Assembly: GCA_028826165.1 (NCBI GenBank)
Contig: JAPDFW010000057.1
Coordinates: 1-64,000 of the forward strand
Direction of reading: 5' to 3'
Source: Anaeramoeba ignava BMAN
Lineage: Eukaryota > Protista > Anaeramoebae
Length of the DNA stretch: 64,000 nt
A program made the translations under genes and the position numbers. The notes under the pieces are model-generated. The model did not search any database. It saw nothing but the letters and a program-made list of their open reading frames with translations, and was not told the origin of the DNA. Numbering within the stretch: position 1 is the stretch's first letter; every line of letters begins with the position of its first letter. Positions 25,639 through 37,858 of this stretch are shown in pieces.

Positions 25639-28600
25639 TTAGATCAAAAAGAAAAGAACCAAACCCAAAAGAATCAAAATATGGCTCACAACTGAAATAG
25701 ATGCTTCTGAAGTAACAATAACTTCGGGTATGTAGAATTGAACAGTAAGAGGATCTCCTGAATGAATGTTTGAACTGCAATCTGAACTAGCTGATGCATA
25801 AACACCGACAGATATATATTCGGCTCTTGGAACATTTTCAAGACTGATGTAGTAATAAGGATGTGTTGTGACCATTGTTGTAGAGAAGTTAGTAGCAACA
25901 CAATAAGCTTTCATTCCTCCAATGTAATTTGGAGGTGTCCATGTGCAATTAATTCCACTGTAAGCAGAATCAACAAAGAAGCAACTGAAAGAAGAAATGT
26001 TTCCAAGTTTGGGTGTGAGAGTTAATGTGTTACTGATTGGACCATATTCATCAGTAGAACATAAAGCATCTCCACAAGCTCGAACTCTGACTGGATAATC
26101 GATATTTCCTCCAATACTGTTTTTGGTTGCCATCCAATAGCTTACATAATCAATCACAGAAGGAAAAGGTATCCAACTTGGATCGCTGCTGTTGATTGAG
26201 AATCTGTAATCTTGAGCTCCAGGAACTGGTGTGAAATTGATAGTTAAACTCTCAACTCCTGCGCTTCCTGATGTGATAACTGGTGCTGCAAGTGTTGGTG
26301 TGACAGATGTGGATGATGTTGGTCCTGAATTGATGTTTGAATAACAACCACTTATGGCGGATGCATTGATTGAAACTTGATAAAGAGTAGCTCCTTCAAC
26401 ATCAGTCACAGTTTTCTCACTCAAAGATGAATCAAGACAAATAGAAACAGAATTGTATTTGAATGTATAACCCTTCAATCCATCGTTCAAGGCAAGTGGT
26501 GTCCAAGTGCATGTGAATGAGGAAATAGAAGGTGTGCAAATGAAATTGTTAATATATCCAAGTCGTGGTGTGATTACGATATAGGAGGTTGGTGGTCCAA
26601 AGTATGCAGGTGTGCAAGCAGCATCAGCACAAGCTCGAACTCGAACTGGATATTCAATATTACCATCAAGTCCTGTTTGAACAGCTGTGTATGTGCCGTA
26701 TCCTTCGTTGTATGTTAATGAGCTGAAAGCTTGCCAAGTTGTTCCGTTATCCAATGAAACAACGAAAGAAGGAACTCCAATAATTTCTTCAATCATTAAT
26801 TGGAATTGCTCAATACCTGGTTGTGGGATGTTGATGATTGGTTCGGGAATATTGGAATAAACAAGAGTTGAGGAAACTGGTCCAGAATAGATACTGTAAG
26901 AACAATCATTGTTAGCAGAAGCATAGATAGAAATTGAGTAGAAAGTTGCTGAAGATAGATTGTAGAGTGCATAGCTGAGTGTTGTGTTAGGTAAACAAAC
27001 AGTAGTTCCGTTGTAATTGAATTCAAATGCTCCAAGATTTGCTGGGAATGGGATTTGATCCCAAGTACAACTCCATCCTCCAGTTTCACTTGAACAACTC
27101 AGATTTGGAATAGCTCCAAGAGATGGACGAAGAGGAACACTATTGCTGATTGGTCCTAAGAAATTTGGATTGCAAGTATCTTCAACACATGCTCTCACAG
27201 CAACTTGATAATCTTTGTTTCCTGCAATATTGATTTGAGTTCCTTCAAGATAATCTGTTTCAAACACAACCAAAAGATCAAATGCGCTCCAAGTTGATCC
27301 GTTATTGATTGTCACGAGATAGCCATGTGCTCCTGAAACTGGATCAAAGGAAACAGATAAACTCTCTATTCCTGCATTAGAATCGAAAATGAAAGGTGCT
27401 GAAATATTAGTGTACACACTAGTTGTTATTTCTACTCCTGTGTAATCACTATCTGAGCAATCTGATTTGGCTTCTGAAGTTACTCCAATCTCATAAAGAG
27501 TTGCTCCTTCTAATCCTGTCATACTGTAATAAGTTTGATCTGGTGGAATACAATCAGTTTCATTTCCGTATCTGAATTGATATGCATATAACTGCTGGTC
27601 AAGAACAAGAGGATTCCATGTGCAGCTAAATCCATCAATAAGTGAAGTACAGCTTAAGGAACTAACATTTCCTAATCTGGGTCGGATTGGAACCATGTTG
27701 CTTGGATAACCTGCATAATAGATGATGCAATTAATTTCAGCACAAGCTCGCATCATAACATTGTAATTAACATTTCCTGGAAGATTTGTTTTGATAGAAA
27801 TAACTTCGTTCTCGTAATAGGTCACATTACTCAAATTCTGCCAAAAGTTCCCGTTATCAAGAGAAATCATGTAATTCTTGGCCTTTTCAACTGGATAAAT
27901 TGAAGTTGTGATTTCTTCGATTCCTCCATTACTATCGAAAATGTAAGGTGCTCCCAAAGGTAATGTTTTAACATAAACAGTTGCTATTGGTCCTGAATAA
28001 TATTGATTTCCTGTGCATTGGTCGTCATCTGAAGCAAACACGTTAACTTGATAGGTGATATTCCCAAGCAATTCATTGGCTTCAACTGAAGTTGAGTTTG
28101 TGCATTGTGGAATAGCAGTTCCGTTATATGAGAATTGATAAGCTCCTAGATATTGTGGTCTTGTTAAAGGATCCCAACTGCAGTTGAATCCAACAATTTG
28201 TGATGTGCAACTCAATCCCTCAATATTTCCTAATAATGGTGTAACATAAACTGGATCACTTGCATATCCTCCATATTCGAATGTGCATTGAGTATCTGAA
28301 CATCCTCTAACTCGAACTGTGTATTGATGATTTCCAGGAACGGGACTGATAGATCCATTAAACCAAGTGGTCATGTTGGTTAAAGCGCTGAAAGATTGCC
28401 AAGTTGCTCCATCATCGATTGATATGTTGTATCCTTTAGAAAGATTAACATTTGTGAATTCGACATATATTTTCTCAACCAATCCTTCAGAAAGAACTAT
28501 TTTTGGTGGTGAAAGAGGTAGAGTCATAACATCAATAGATGTATTCGGTCCTGAATATTGATTATATGAACAATTAAATGAAGCAGATGCATCAATACTA

Positions 28601-31600
28601 ACTGTATAAGTTGTGTTTCCCAATATTCCTTCAATCGAGAAAGATGATTGATCAGTATCCAAAAGAACACATTCATCTCCATAATACAAGGCATAATATT
28701 CCAAATAATCATCCAAATCTAATAAATCCCAAGTGCAACTGAATCCAAGATCAATTCCTTCACATTGGAAATTAGGAACATAACCTAATCTTGGTGTAAC
28801 TAATACAGGAGTGCTTGGAGGTCCCCAAATTGTATCTGTGCAAACATCATCTCCACATGCTCTTAACCGGAGAGTGTATTCATAGTTTCCAGGTACATTC
28901 TCGATATATCCGCTCAAGAAATCTCCCATGTTTGTGATATTACTCAATATTCTCCAACCATTTCCATCATCAATATAAGCCGCATACCCTTCAGCAAGTG
29001 AAACTGGATTAAATGATACTTCAATAGTTTGAATAAGTCCATTAGTTGAATCAATAATTGGTGCATCTAATGGGTTTGTTGTAATTGTGGTTGTTGAATT
29101 ATATCCATTTGCATTATCATTATCACAACTTGAATGTGCACATGCATGTACGGTTATTTCATAAAGAGTACTTCCTGGAAGATCAGTAGCATTATAGTAA
29201 GTTTGTGTTGGATCTAAACGTTTAGTAGTTCCGTTGTAATCAAAATAATATCCTCCTAAATAATCAGGATAGTCTATCTTATTCCAACTACAGTAAAATC
29301 CAAGTGTTTGTGGTGAACATGAAAGATTGTTGATATCTCCCAAAATAGGTTTTAAAGCTTCATTATTACTTGCTAATCCAGCAAGTTCAACATCACAAGA
29401 TGAATTAGCACAACCTCTTATTTGTATATTATATTGATAATTTCCAGGTAAAGGATATATATCAGCCCAGCAACTTCCTTCTGCACAATCACCTATCCAA
29501 TCAGGAATATACCAACTTGAACCATTATCATCTGAAACAAGATAATCTGCTATTGAATCAATTAGAGTGAAATTAATATCAATTTCATCAGGATAGGTAA
29601 GATCCCAATCAACAATTTGTGGAGCTGCAATAGAAATTGTTGTAAGTGAAGTTGATGAATTATAACCTGAATAATCATTTGAACTGCAATCTGAACTTGC
29701 TGAGCCACTAACATAAATATCATAATAAGTATCTCCAGGTAAAAGTGGTGAATCAAAAGTTTCTGTTCCAGATCCAATACATGCCAATGCATCGTTATAC
29801 CACAAAGAATATCCATTTAATCCTTCATTAAGCGCTATCGCATCCCAACTACAATTAAATCCAGATGTATGATTTGTACATACTAATCCACTAATATTTC
29901 CAATTTTGGGTGTGATAGTTTCAGAACTGCTTTCTGGCCCGCAAATATCAGCTGTGCAATCTGTATCTGCACAAGCACGCACTTTAACAGAATAATCAAC
30001 ATTTCCATCAAGACCAGTTACAACACCACTTAAATAAGTTGTGTGATCTGTTGAATCCAAGACACTCCAACTTATTCCATCATCAGTGGAAACTGCATAA
30101 TTCACTGCATCTGTTACTTTTGTGAAATCAAACGAAACTTGTTCAACTTCTCCTGAATATGTGGTAGTTATTGTTGGTGTTCCAAGAGTATCGGTTGTAA
30201 CATTTGTTGTTGAATTCAATCCTGAATAATCACTTGCTGTACATTCTGAATCTGCTTGAGCTGAAACTGAAATTATATAGAAATCACCTCCTGGAAGAGG
30301 ATCTTCAGGAGAGAAAGATAATTTTCCTGGAGGTAAACATACATAAGTTGAATTGTAATAGAGTAAAAAGGTTCCTAATCCATCAGCTCGAACTAAATTA
30401 TCCCATGAACAACTGAATCCTGAAGTTTCAGATGTGCAACTCAATCCAGTTATGTTTCCCAATTTTGCAGATACAGTTTCTGATTCTCCTGCTGGTCCTG
30501 CTATAGATGCAGTACAACTAGAGTTAGCACAAGCACGTACTGCAATAGAATATTCAACATTTCCTTCAACAGGTGTTACATATCCACTGCAAGTTCCTGA
30601 TGCTTTCAATCCAGATTCCATATTTTTAGTTACAGCACAATCTACTGTAGCTGTGAATGATTGCCAACTTCCATCAATAGAAATTTGATAATTTTGTGCT
30701 CCTGCAATTTCATCAAAGTAAACATAGATAACCTCAACTCCATAATTAGTTGTGGAAATATTAGGTGCTTCAAGCTCAATAGAAGTCACATATGTTGTTG
30801 ATGCATCTCCTGAATAATTATCTGAAGAACAAGTACTTGATGCTGATGCCAAAACTGTGATTGTGAAATTGTGATCTCCAGCAAGTTGTGTTTTGTTTAC
30901 AGTTGTGGTTCCATTATCAACACATATTACTGATCCATCATATGTGAGTTTGTATTTCACTAATCCTGCTGCTAATGTTAATGCATCCCAATTGCAACTG
31001 AATCCTGTGATTTCTGGTGTGCAATTTAATCCAGTGATATCTCCCAATCGTGCTGTCATTGTGGTGGCATTGCTTGCTGGTCCTGCTAAACTATCAGTAC
31101 ATGCTGTATCTGCACATGCTCGCAATTTAACTTCCATTGCTTGATTTCCAGCTAATCCTGTTTTGTCTCCTTCACATGGTGTTCCAGCTCCATATCTTCC
31201 TGTTTCTTCTTCAAATCCCAAAAACAATCCACAATAACCTGTTGTGAAATTCTCCCATGTACTTCCATTATCAGTTGAAATTTGATATCCTAATGCTCCT
31301 TGAACTTCATCAAAATATATATCAAGTTCTTCAATTAATTCATCATAACTTGTTATCACTGGTGCTTGTAAAGGTAATGTTGTTACACTTGTTGTTTCAT
31401 TTGCTCCTGAATATGATTGATATTCACAATTTACTGAATCTGAACTTGCAAATATTATTATATCCAATAAAAGATCTCCTTGCATTTGTGTTTTTTGGAT
31501 TGTTGTTGTATCTGGTGTTAAACATTCAAATGTTTCTCCATATTGGAATCCATATCCTTCTAATCCTGTTGTGTATACTAATCCAGTCCAAGTACAATTA

Positions 31601-33975
31601 AATCCTGTGCTGATTCCAGTACAATCCAAATTGGTTACAACTCCCAAATCTGGTGTTAAATATTCAACTTCACTTGCATCTCCTGTAAAATCACATGATG
31701 AATCTCCACAAGCTCGAACTGTAACATTATATTGAATATTCCCACTTATTCCTGATACAATTCCTGTAAATGTTCCTCCAACATCATTTTCACTTGTGAA
31801 ATCTTGCCAACTACTTGAATTATCTAAAGAAACTTGATATTTCACTGCTCCTGAAATATCTACAAATGAAACATTAAATTCTTCAACTCCTGCATCTGCT
31901 GTTGAGATAATAACTTGTGGAAGTAATGTTCTTACATCTTGAGTTACATTAGGCCCACAATTCCCATAAGAATCACATGCTTGGATTTTGACTGTGTAAT
32001 TTTGATTTTGATCATTAACATCAAAACTTTTTGATAAATCAGGTATTGTGAATGATCCACTTTCACTTGTGGCTTGATTTTGATAATACAATATGTATGT
32101 TGTTGGTGGTCTTGTTCCATATGGTGCATCCCATATACAATCTATTGTAATCACATTAGAAACTGTGCAATTAAAATTCTCAACATATCCGAACCAAGTG
32201 TAAATTGCTTCATTTGATACTTCTCCTTCATCATCTCCTTCACAAGCAGATGTTCTACAAGCACTAATATACACACTATAATTAGTGTTGTTAACAAGAC
32301 TAGGAATCAAATGAGTTGTATCAGTATTAAGTGCTGTTTCAGTTTGGCTCTCAATTCCACTTGCATTATATACAATTTGGTAATGATCAAGATTTGGATC
32401 TCCTGAAATATACTGAACATTAGGCACATCCCATGTTAAGGAAATTGAGTACATATTCTGAATACTTATATCTGTTATTGTGGGTGCATCAATTCTTGTT
32501 GTTAAAGAAACACTTGAAAAATCTCCTTTAAGTCCTGTTGTTGTGTTAATTGCTTGGATGTAAATTTCGTAATATTCATTTCCATAAACATCTGAATAAT
32601 TTGGTGAGCTGAAAAGTTCGGTAACTGTTGTTGAATTAAAATCTGTAAAATCTGTAGCATTTCGTTGGAAATATGTTCCATTATAACTCATGTTGTATAT
32701 AAGTCCTGCTTCAACTTTACTCCAATAACATCGAAACTCTGAAAACAACGAATCGCAACTAAGATCTAATGTTTGTGGAGTTACATATCTTTCAAAACCA
32801 TATGCTCTTCCTGCAGAAGCATAGCCAGTATCTGGATCATAATAATCTGGTTGGCCAATAACAAGATCTATTCCATATGATGAAATACTTGCTCCAAAAT
32901 GTGAATTGGGTTGTGAAACCAGTGCTGAAAGATTTCCTACATTTTGCCATGTTCCTTCAATATTTTCAAAAAAGAAACATAACCCTCTTTGGTTATTATA
33001 ATAGGGAGCACCTAAAATCAAAAATTCTCCAGAAATAGCAACACTTTGTCCAAATAGATCAGTTGTAGTTGAACCTGATGTAAAATTCGCCACAAGAGCA
33101 AAATCACTTGAACTATCAGGTCTTTCATAATAATGTGCTCTTCCAGGAATTGAATCTTCTGGGGATCCAATCATAAGTTGATTTTCGTAAAGATAGAGAG
33201 ATTTTCCAAAACTACCTGTTCCTACTGGATTTGCTATTGTTTGACTAAGTACCCATGATTCACCATCATCGGAGTATCTATAAACCTTCTGACTTATTGT
33301 TGCTCCAATAATCAAATCAGTATTATTCAAAAAAACACTCATTCCAAATTTTTCTGCTGCAACTTGTCCATTTATACTTTGAATGCTACTCCAATTTCCA
33401 GAATTTTCATAAATGTAAACTGCTCCTTGACTACTTGCGTTACCTGGAGCACCAACAGCAACTTTTGTTCCATCCAAATAAACACTAGTTCCGAATTGAT
33501 CAGCACCAAAACCAGCATGGGTAATGTACTCTTTAAAAACAAATGAACCTGTATCATATTCATAGAAATAAACACGACCTGGATTAGTGTTATAGGGAGC
33601 ACCAACAACAAGATAATCATCCGATACAGCAACACTATATCCCCATAACATGCCTGGAATTTCAGTATCTCCGTTGTCAGTCATATTCAAACTTTGAGTA
33701 TATTGCCAAGTGTCTGATATGAACTCGAAAATATCCACTCTTCCCACATTATCAGTACTTCCAATCTGTGCGTAAGGCACCCCAAATGCTATCTTATCCT
33801 TATAGAACGACACCGAACTTGCAAATTCATCTCCACCTTGGTTTATCAAACCATTATTAGTAAATGTGGTTGTATTTACCCATGCAAGTTCTGCACTTTT
33901 TATTCCCATAAATGTAAAAAGTATGTTTGTTGCAAAAATCAAAAGAAATATTGAAAATAAAGAACCTTTCCTCAT
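25639..33975 (-). CDS. Giant intronless surface protein (~2778 aa): signal peptide, FG-GAP beta-propeller, many Cys-containing FN3-like repeats, hydrophobic C-terminus (GPI-signal-like)
   Basis: FG-GAP repeats (WGYSVAV..LVVGAPY, FGTSVYL..VAVGAPG, FGQSVAI..LILGAPY); repeated ~190-aa pairs (Y.VS.DNG..W..GN..Y.V.VRAC / C..GF.C.W); C-terminus ILILLGLVLFFLI with no cytosolic tail. Confidence 0.85.
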   Translation of the reverse strand: MRKGSLFSIFLLIFATNILFTFMGIKSAELAWVNTTTFTNNGLINQGGDEFASSVSFYKDKIAFGVPYAQIGSTDNVGRVDIFEFISDTWQYTQSLNMTDNGDTEIPGMLWGYSVAVSDDYLVVGAPYNTNPGRVYFYEYDTGSFVFKEYITHAGFGADQFGTSVYLDGTKVAVGAPGNASSQGAVYIYENSGNWSSIQSINGQVAAEKFGMSVFLNNTDLIIGATISQKVYRYSDDGESWVLSQTIANPVGTGSFGKSLYLYENQLMIGSPEDSIPGRAHYYERPDSSSDFALVANFTSGSTTTDLFGQSVAISGEFLILGAPYYNNQRGLCFFFENIEGTWQNVGNLSALVSQPNSHFGASISSYGIDLVIGQPDYYDPDTGYASAGRAYGFERYVTPQTLDLSCDSLFSEFRCYWSKVEAGLIYNMSYNGTYFQRNATDFTDFNSTTVTELFSSPNYSDVYGNEYYEIYIQAINTTTGLKGDFSSVSLTTRIDAPTITDISIQNMYSISLTWDVPNVQYISGDPNLDHYQIVYNASGIESQTETALNTDTTHLIPSLVNNTNYSVYISACRTSACEGDDEGEVSNEAIYTWFGYVENFNCTVSNVITIDCIWDAPYGTRPPTTYILYYQNQATSESGSFTIPDLSKSFDVNDQNQNYTVKIQACDSYGNCGPNVTQDVRTLLPQVIISTADAGVEEFNVSFVDISGAVKYQVSLDNSSSWQDFTSENDVGGTFTGIVSGISGNIQYNVTVRACGDSSCDFTGDASEVEYLTPDLGVVTNLDCTGISTGFNCTWTGLVYTTGLEGYGFQYGETFECLTPDTTTIQKTQMQGDLLLDIIIFASSDSVNCEYQSYSGANETTSVTTLPLQAPVITSYDELIEELDIYFDEVQGALGYQISTDNGSTWENFTTGYCGLFLGFEEETGRYGAGTPCEGDKTGLAGNQAMEVKLRACADTACTDSLAGPASNATTMTARLGDITGLNCTPEITGFSCNWDALTLAAGLVKYKLTYDGSVICVDNGTTTVNKTQLAGDHNFTITVLASASSTCSSDNYSGDASTTYVTSIELEAPNISTTNYGVEVIYVYFDEIAGAQNYQISIDGSWQSFTATVDCAVTKNMESGLKASGTCSGYVTPVEGNVEYSIAVRACANSSCTASIAGPAGESETVSAKLGNITGLSCTSETSGFSCSWDNLVRADGLGTFLLYYNSTYVCLPPGKLSFSPEDPLPGGDFYIISVSAQADSECTASDYSGLNSTTNVTTDTLGTPTITTTYSGEVEQVSFDFTKVTDAVNYAVSTDDGISWSVLDSTDHTTYLSGVVTGLDGNVDYSVKVRACADTDCTADICGPESSSETITPKIGNISGLVCTNHTSGFNCSWDAIALNEGLNGYSLWYNDALACIGSGTETFDSPLLPGDTYYDIYVSGSASSDCSSNDYSGYNSSTSLTTISIAAPQIVDWDLTYPDEIDINFTLIDSIADYLVSDDNGSSWYIPDWIGDCAEGSCWADIYPLPGNYQYNIQIRGCANSSCDVELAGLASNNEALKPILGDINNLSCSPQTLGFYCSWNKIDYPDYLGGYYFDYNGTTKRLDPTQTYYNATDLPGSTLYEITVHACAHSSCDNDNANGYNSTTTITTNPLDAPIIDSTNGLIQTIEVSFNPVSLAEGYAAYIDDGNGWRILSNITNMGDFLSGYIENVPGNYEYTLRLRACGDDVCTDTIWGPPSTPVLVTPRLGYVPNFQCEGIDLGFSCTWDLLDLDDYLEYYALYYGDECVLLDTDQSSFSIEGILGNTTYTVSIDASASFNCSYNQYSGPNTSIDVMTLPLSPPKIVLSEGLVEKIYVEFTNVNLSKGYNISIDDGATWQSFSALTNMTTWFNGSISPVPGNHQYTVRVRGCSDTQCTFEYGGYASDPVYVTPLLGNIEGLSCTSQIVGFNCSWDPLTRPQYLGAYQFSYNGTAIPQCTNSTSVEANELLGNITYQVNVFASDDDQCTGNQYYSGPIATVYVKTLPLGAPYIFDSNGGIEEITTSIYPVEKAKNYMISLDNGNFWQNLSNVTYYENEVISIKTNLPGNVNYNVMMRACAEINCIIYYAGYPSNMVPIRPRLGNVSSLSCTSLIDGFSCTWNPLVLDQQLYAYQFRYGNETDCIPPDQTYYSMTGLEGATLYEIGVTSEAKSDCSDSDYTGVEITTSVYTNISAPFIFDSNAGIESLSVSFDPVSGAHGYLVTINNGSTWSAFDLLVVFETDYLEGTQINIAGNKDYQVAVRACVEDTCNPNFLGPISNSVPLRPSLGAIPNLSCSSETGGWSCTWDQIPFPANLGAFEFNYNGTTVCLPNTTLSYALYNLSSATFYSISIYASANNDCSYSIYSGPVSSTLVYSNIPEPIINIPQPGIEQFQLMIEEIIGVPSFVVSLDNGTTWQAFSSLTYNEGYGTYTAVQTGLDGNIEYPVRVRACADAACTPAYFGPPTSYIVITPRLGYINNFICTPSISSFTCTWTPLALNDGLKGYTFKYNSVSICLDSSLSEKTVTDVEGATLYQVSINASAISGCYSNINSGPTSSTSVTPTLAAPVITSGSAGVESLTINFTPVPGAQDYRFSINSSDPSWIPFPSVIDYVSYWMATKNSIGGNIDYPVRVRACGDALCSTDEYGPISNTLTLTPKLGNISSFSCFFVDSAYSGINCTWTPPNYIGGMKAYCVATNFSTTMVTTHPYYYISLENVPRAEYISVGVYASASSDCSSNIHSGDPLTVQFYIPEVIVTSEASISVVSHILILLGLVLFFLI

Positions 33976-34959
33976 TTTTGCTTTTAAAACACAAGAAAAT
34001 AATAAAAAGAAAAAGAAAAAGAAAATAAACAATTTTTAACTTTTTAGATCAAGTCAAGAAAAATGGTTGATAAAAACAAATTGCAATTCTTTTAAACCAA
34101 ACTTAAAAAAAAAATTTTTTTTTTCATTTCTTTTTTTTATTTTTAAAATTTTAATTATTATTATCATTATAATTATTATTTCTGATAATAACGATTTCAG
34201 GAGACACTTCATCAAAGAATTTTTTTTTCTTCTTCACTCTTTTGATTTTATCCCCTTATTATTGTTTTTCTATTTATTTTTCTATTTAAATTTAACCATT
34301 TCATTTATTTAAATGAACTTAAACTTATTTTTCCAGTTTTCCAACTTTTCTCTCTTTTTTGTTTTTTTTTTCCTTTTATTAACTAATTATTTATTATTTA
34401 GTTAATTTATAATTAAATTTGATTTTTTGATCAACGACTTCTTACTTCTATTTTTATTATTTTCAATAACCAAAAATTTTTTTTTTTAGAAATTCACACC
34501 CTTTTTTTTATTTAATTTTTAATTTGATCAACATTTGAAAAATTCAATCCAATTCAATTAAATTCAATTTAAAGCTTTTTTTTTTTCTACTCTTCTTGTA
34601 AAAATAAAAGGTTTGTTGATCAACAATAAAGAGTTATATTTTTTTTGTTTTTAATTATTTAAAATTAAAAACAAATTTCAATTGCATTTCTTTTTATTTT
34701 TTATTTTAAATTTTTAAATACAAAAATTTTTTTTTTTTGGATCAAAATATCAATTAAATTAAAAAAAAATTTTTATTTGGATGGAAAAAAAATTTTTTTT
34801 ATTCAATATAAATAATATTTATCTAAATTAAAATGTAACAAATTAAATGTGAAAGAAGTTTTTTTCTGGTTTTTTTTTTGTTAAAGTCTTTCATTCTTAT
34901 TTGGATTCATTAATTTGATTTTCATAAAAAGTTATTTTTTTTTATTGTTATTTTTATAG

Positions 34960-35770
34960 AATTTTGAATTTGGTTTTGATATTGATATTGATTTTGATAT
35001 TGATTTTGATTTTGAATTTAATTTTGATTTTGATATTAATTTTGATTTTGATTTTGATATTGATATTGATTTTGATTTTGAATTTAATTTTGATTTTGAT
35101 ATTGATTTTGATTTTGATTTTGATATTGATATTGATATTGATTTTGATTTTGATATTGATATTGATATTGGTTTGATTTTGATTTTGATATTGATATTGA
35201 TATTGATTTTGATTTTGATATTGATATTGATATTGATTTTGATTTTGATATTGATATTGATTTTGATATTGATATTGATATTGATTTTGATTTTGATTTT
35301 GATATTGATATTGATATTGATATTAATTGATTTTGATTTTGATTTTGATTTTGATTTTGATTTTGATTTTGATTTTGATATTGATTTTGATTTTGAATTA
35401 TTTTGATTTTGAATTATTTTGATTTTGATTTTGATTTTGATTTTGATTTTGATTTGATTTTGATATTGATTTTGATTTTGATTTTGATTTTGATTTTGAT
35501 TTTGATATTGATTTTGATATTGATATTGATATTGATTTTGATTTTGATTTTGATTTTGATATTGATATTGATTTTGATATTGATATTGATTTTGATTTTG
35601 ATATTGATTTTGAATTTGATTTTGATTTTGAATTTGATTTTGATTTTAATTTTGATATTGATATTTGATTTTGATATTGATATTGAATTTGATATTGATT
35701 TTGATTTTGAATTTGATTTTGATATTGATTTTGATTTTGATATTGATATTGATTTTGATATTGAATTTTG
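34960..35770 (+). repeat. (ATTTTG/ATATTG)n array
   Basis: Directly visible. Confidence 0.95.
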
Positions 35771-36175
35771 AATTTAATTTTCCAATTATCATTTGAATCT
35801 CCAATTCCAAAATTTCCATAACAAGTAATTTCTTGTTGATTAGTTGTTGGTGATTTTATTCCTGATTGTGAATGAAGATTTCTTCCTGTTTTTAAATGTT
35901 CAAGTCTAATCATATCACCTACTTTCACAAATTTTCCTTTCTTGCAATTTTCTCTTTCTCCATCTTTATGTGGACCATGAATAACCCACCAATCATTATC
36001 ATCACTTCCATCAAAACAAGTTACTTCTTGTTGTTTTGAACCAGTATTGTAATTAATTTAATTAAATTGAAGTCTTTTTGCTGTGTTTTTGTGTTTTAAT
36101 TTGATAATATCTCCATAACAAACAAATGAGATTTCTTTTTGTGATATTGATTTTGATTGATTTGTGATTTTCCAT
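35770..36175 (-). pseudogene. Degenerate, truncated MIR-domain gene copy
   Basis: Matches the MIR genes (QQEVTCFDGSDDNDWW..HLKTGRNLHS..NDNWKIKF) but has a stop after KRLQFN and dissolves into hexamer repeat. Confidence 0.7.
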
Positions 36176-36489
36176 TTGTTTTTAAAAATGAAAAATGAAA
36201 AATGAAAATTTAAATTTTGATTCCAAATTTTGATTTGGTTTTGTTTTTTTCATTGATTATTTCTTTGATTTCGATTTGAATTTGGATTTGATTTTGAATT
36301 TTTGAAAAAAATTTTTTGAAAAAGTGAATTTTGAAAAGAAAATAAGAAGGAAAATATTGAAATTTAAATCATTGATTTTGATCATGATTTGCATTTGACC
36401 TTTGTATTGATTTTGATTTTGATTTTGATTTTGGATTTTGAATTTGAATGAATTTGAATTTATTTTATTTTTGATATTGAGTGATTGTG

Positions 36490-36800
36490 TTCTCCTTTCC
36501 ATGGTTTTTATTGGAATCTTTGATTTTTGATTTTGATATTGATTTTTGAATTTCCATATTGATATTGATGTTTAATTAGTTGATTTTGATTTTGATTTTT
36601 GATTTGATTTTCTTTTTGTTTTGATATGTTGATTTTGATAATCATATCACCTACTTTCACAATTTTCCTTTCTTGCAATTTTCTCTTATCTCCATATATG
36701 TGGATGAATAACCCACCAATCATTATCATCACTTCCATCAAAACAAGTTACTTCTTGTTGTTTTGAATTGATATTGATAATATATTAAGTGGATGTGAAT
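36490..36800 (-). pseudogene. MIR gene fragment interdigitated with hexamer repeat
   Basis: Patches identical to the MIR genes (36640-36765) alternate with TTTTGA repeat. Confidence 0.55.
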
Positions 36801-36829
36801 GATTTTCTTTTTAATTTTTTTTGTGTTTT

Positions 36830-37445
36830 GATTTTTGATTTTTGATGGATTTTGATTTAATTTTGATTTTGATTTTGATTTTGATTTTTGATTTTGATTT
36901 AAATTTGATTTAAATTTTGATTTAAATTTTGATTTAAATTTTGATTTTAAATTTGATTTTTATTTGATTTAAATTTGATTTTAAATATTGATTTAAAATT
37001 TTGATTCAATTAATATTCAATTTTGATTCAATTTTGATTTAATTTTGATTTAATATTGATTTAATTTTGATTGAAATTTGATTTGATATTGATTTTAAAT
37101 TTGATATTGAAATTTGATATTGAAATTTGATTTAAATTTGATTTAATTTTAAATTTTGATTTTGAGTTTGATTTGATTTTTGATTTAAATTTGATATTGA
37201 TTTGGAATTTTGATTTAAATTTTGATTTAAATTTGATTTTAATTTTGATATTAATTTTGATTTAATTTTGATTTTGAATTATTTTGATTTTGATTTTTGA
37301 ATTTGAATTTGATTTTGATTTTGATATTGATATTTTTTGATATTGATTTTGATATTAATATTGAATTATTTTGATTTTGATTTTTGATTTTGATTTTGAT
37401 TTTGATATTGATTTTGTTTTTGCTTTTGATATTGATATTGATTTT
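36830..37445 (+). repeat. Mixed TTTGATTTAAA / ATTTTG array
   Basis: Directly visible. Confidence 0.9.
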
Positions 37446-37858
37446 GAATTTAATTTTCCAATTATCATTTCCATCTCCAATTCCTGAATTTCCATAACAA
37501 ATAATTTCTTGTTGATTAGTTGTTGGTGATTTTATTCCTGATGTGAATGAAGATTTCTTCCTGTTTTGATATGTTCAAGTCTAATAATATCACCTACTTT
37601 CACAAATTTTCCTTTCTTGCAATTTTCTCTTTCTCCATCTTTATGGAATCCATGAATAATCCACCAATCATTATCATCATTTCCATCAAAACAAGTTACT
37701 TCTTGTTGTTTTGAACCAGTATTATAATTAATTTAATTAAATTGAAGTCTTTTTGCTGTGTTTTTGTGTTTTAATTTGATAACATCTCCATAACAAACAA
37801 ATGAGATTTTTTTTGTATCAAGACCAAGTTCTTTGATTGATTTGTGAATACTTTCCAT
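37445..37858 (-). pseudogene. Degenerate, truncated MIR-domain gene copy
   Basis: MESIHKSIKELGLD start; same KRLQFN-stop lesion as the 36175 copy; truncated at WKIKF. Confidence 0.7.

Noticed and set aside
18815-33975. Inteins or mobile elements in the large ORFs
   Set aside because: No Hint/LAGLIDADG, transposase or reverse transcriptase motifs, or unexplained insertions, were recognised.
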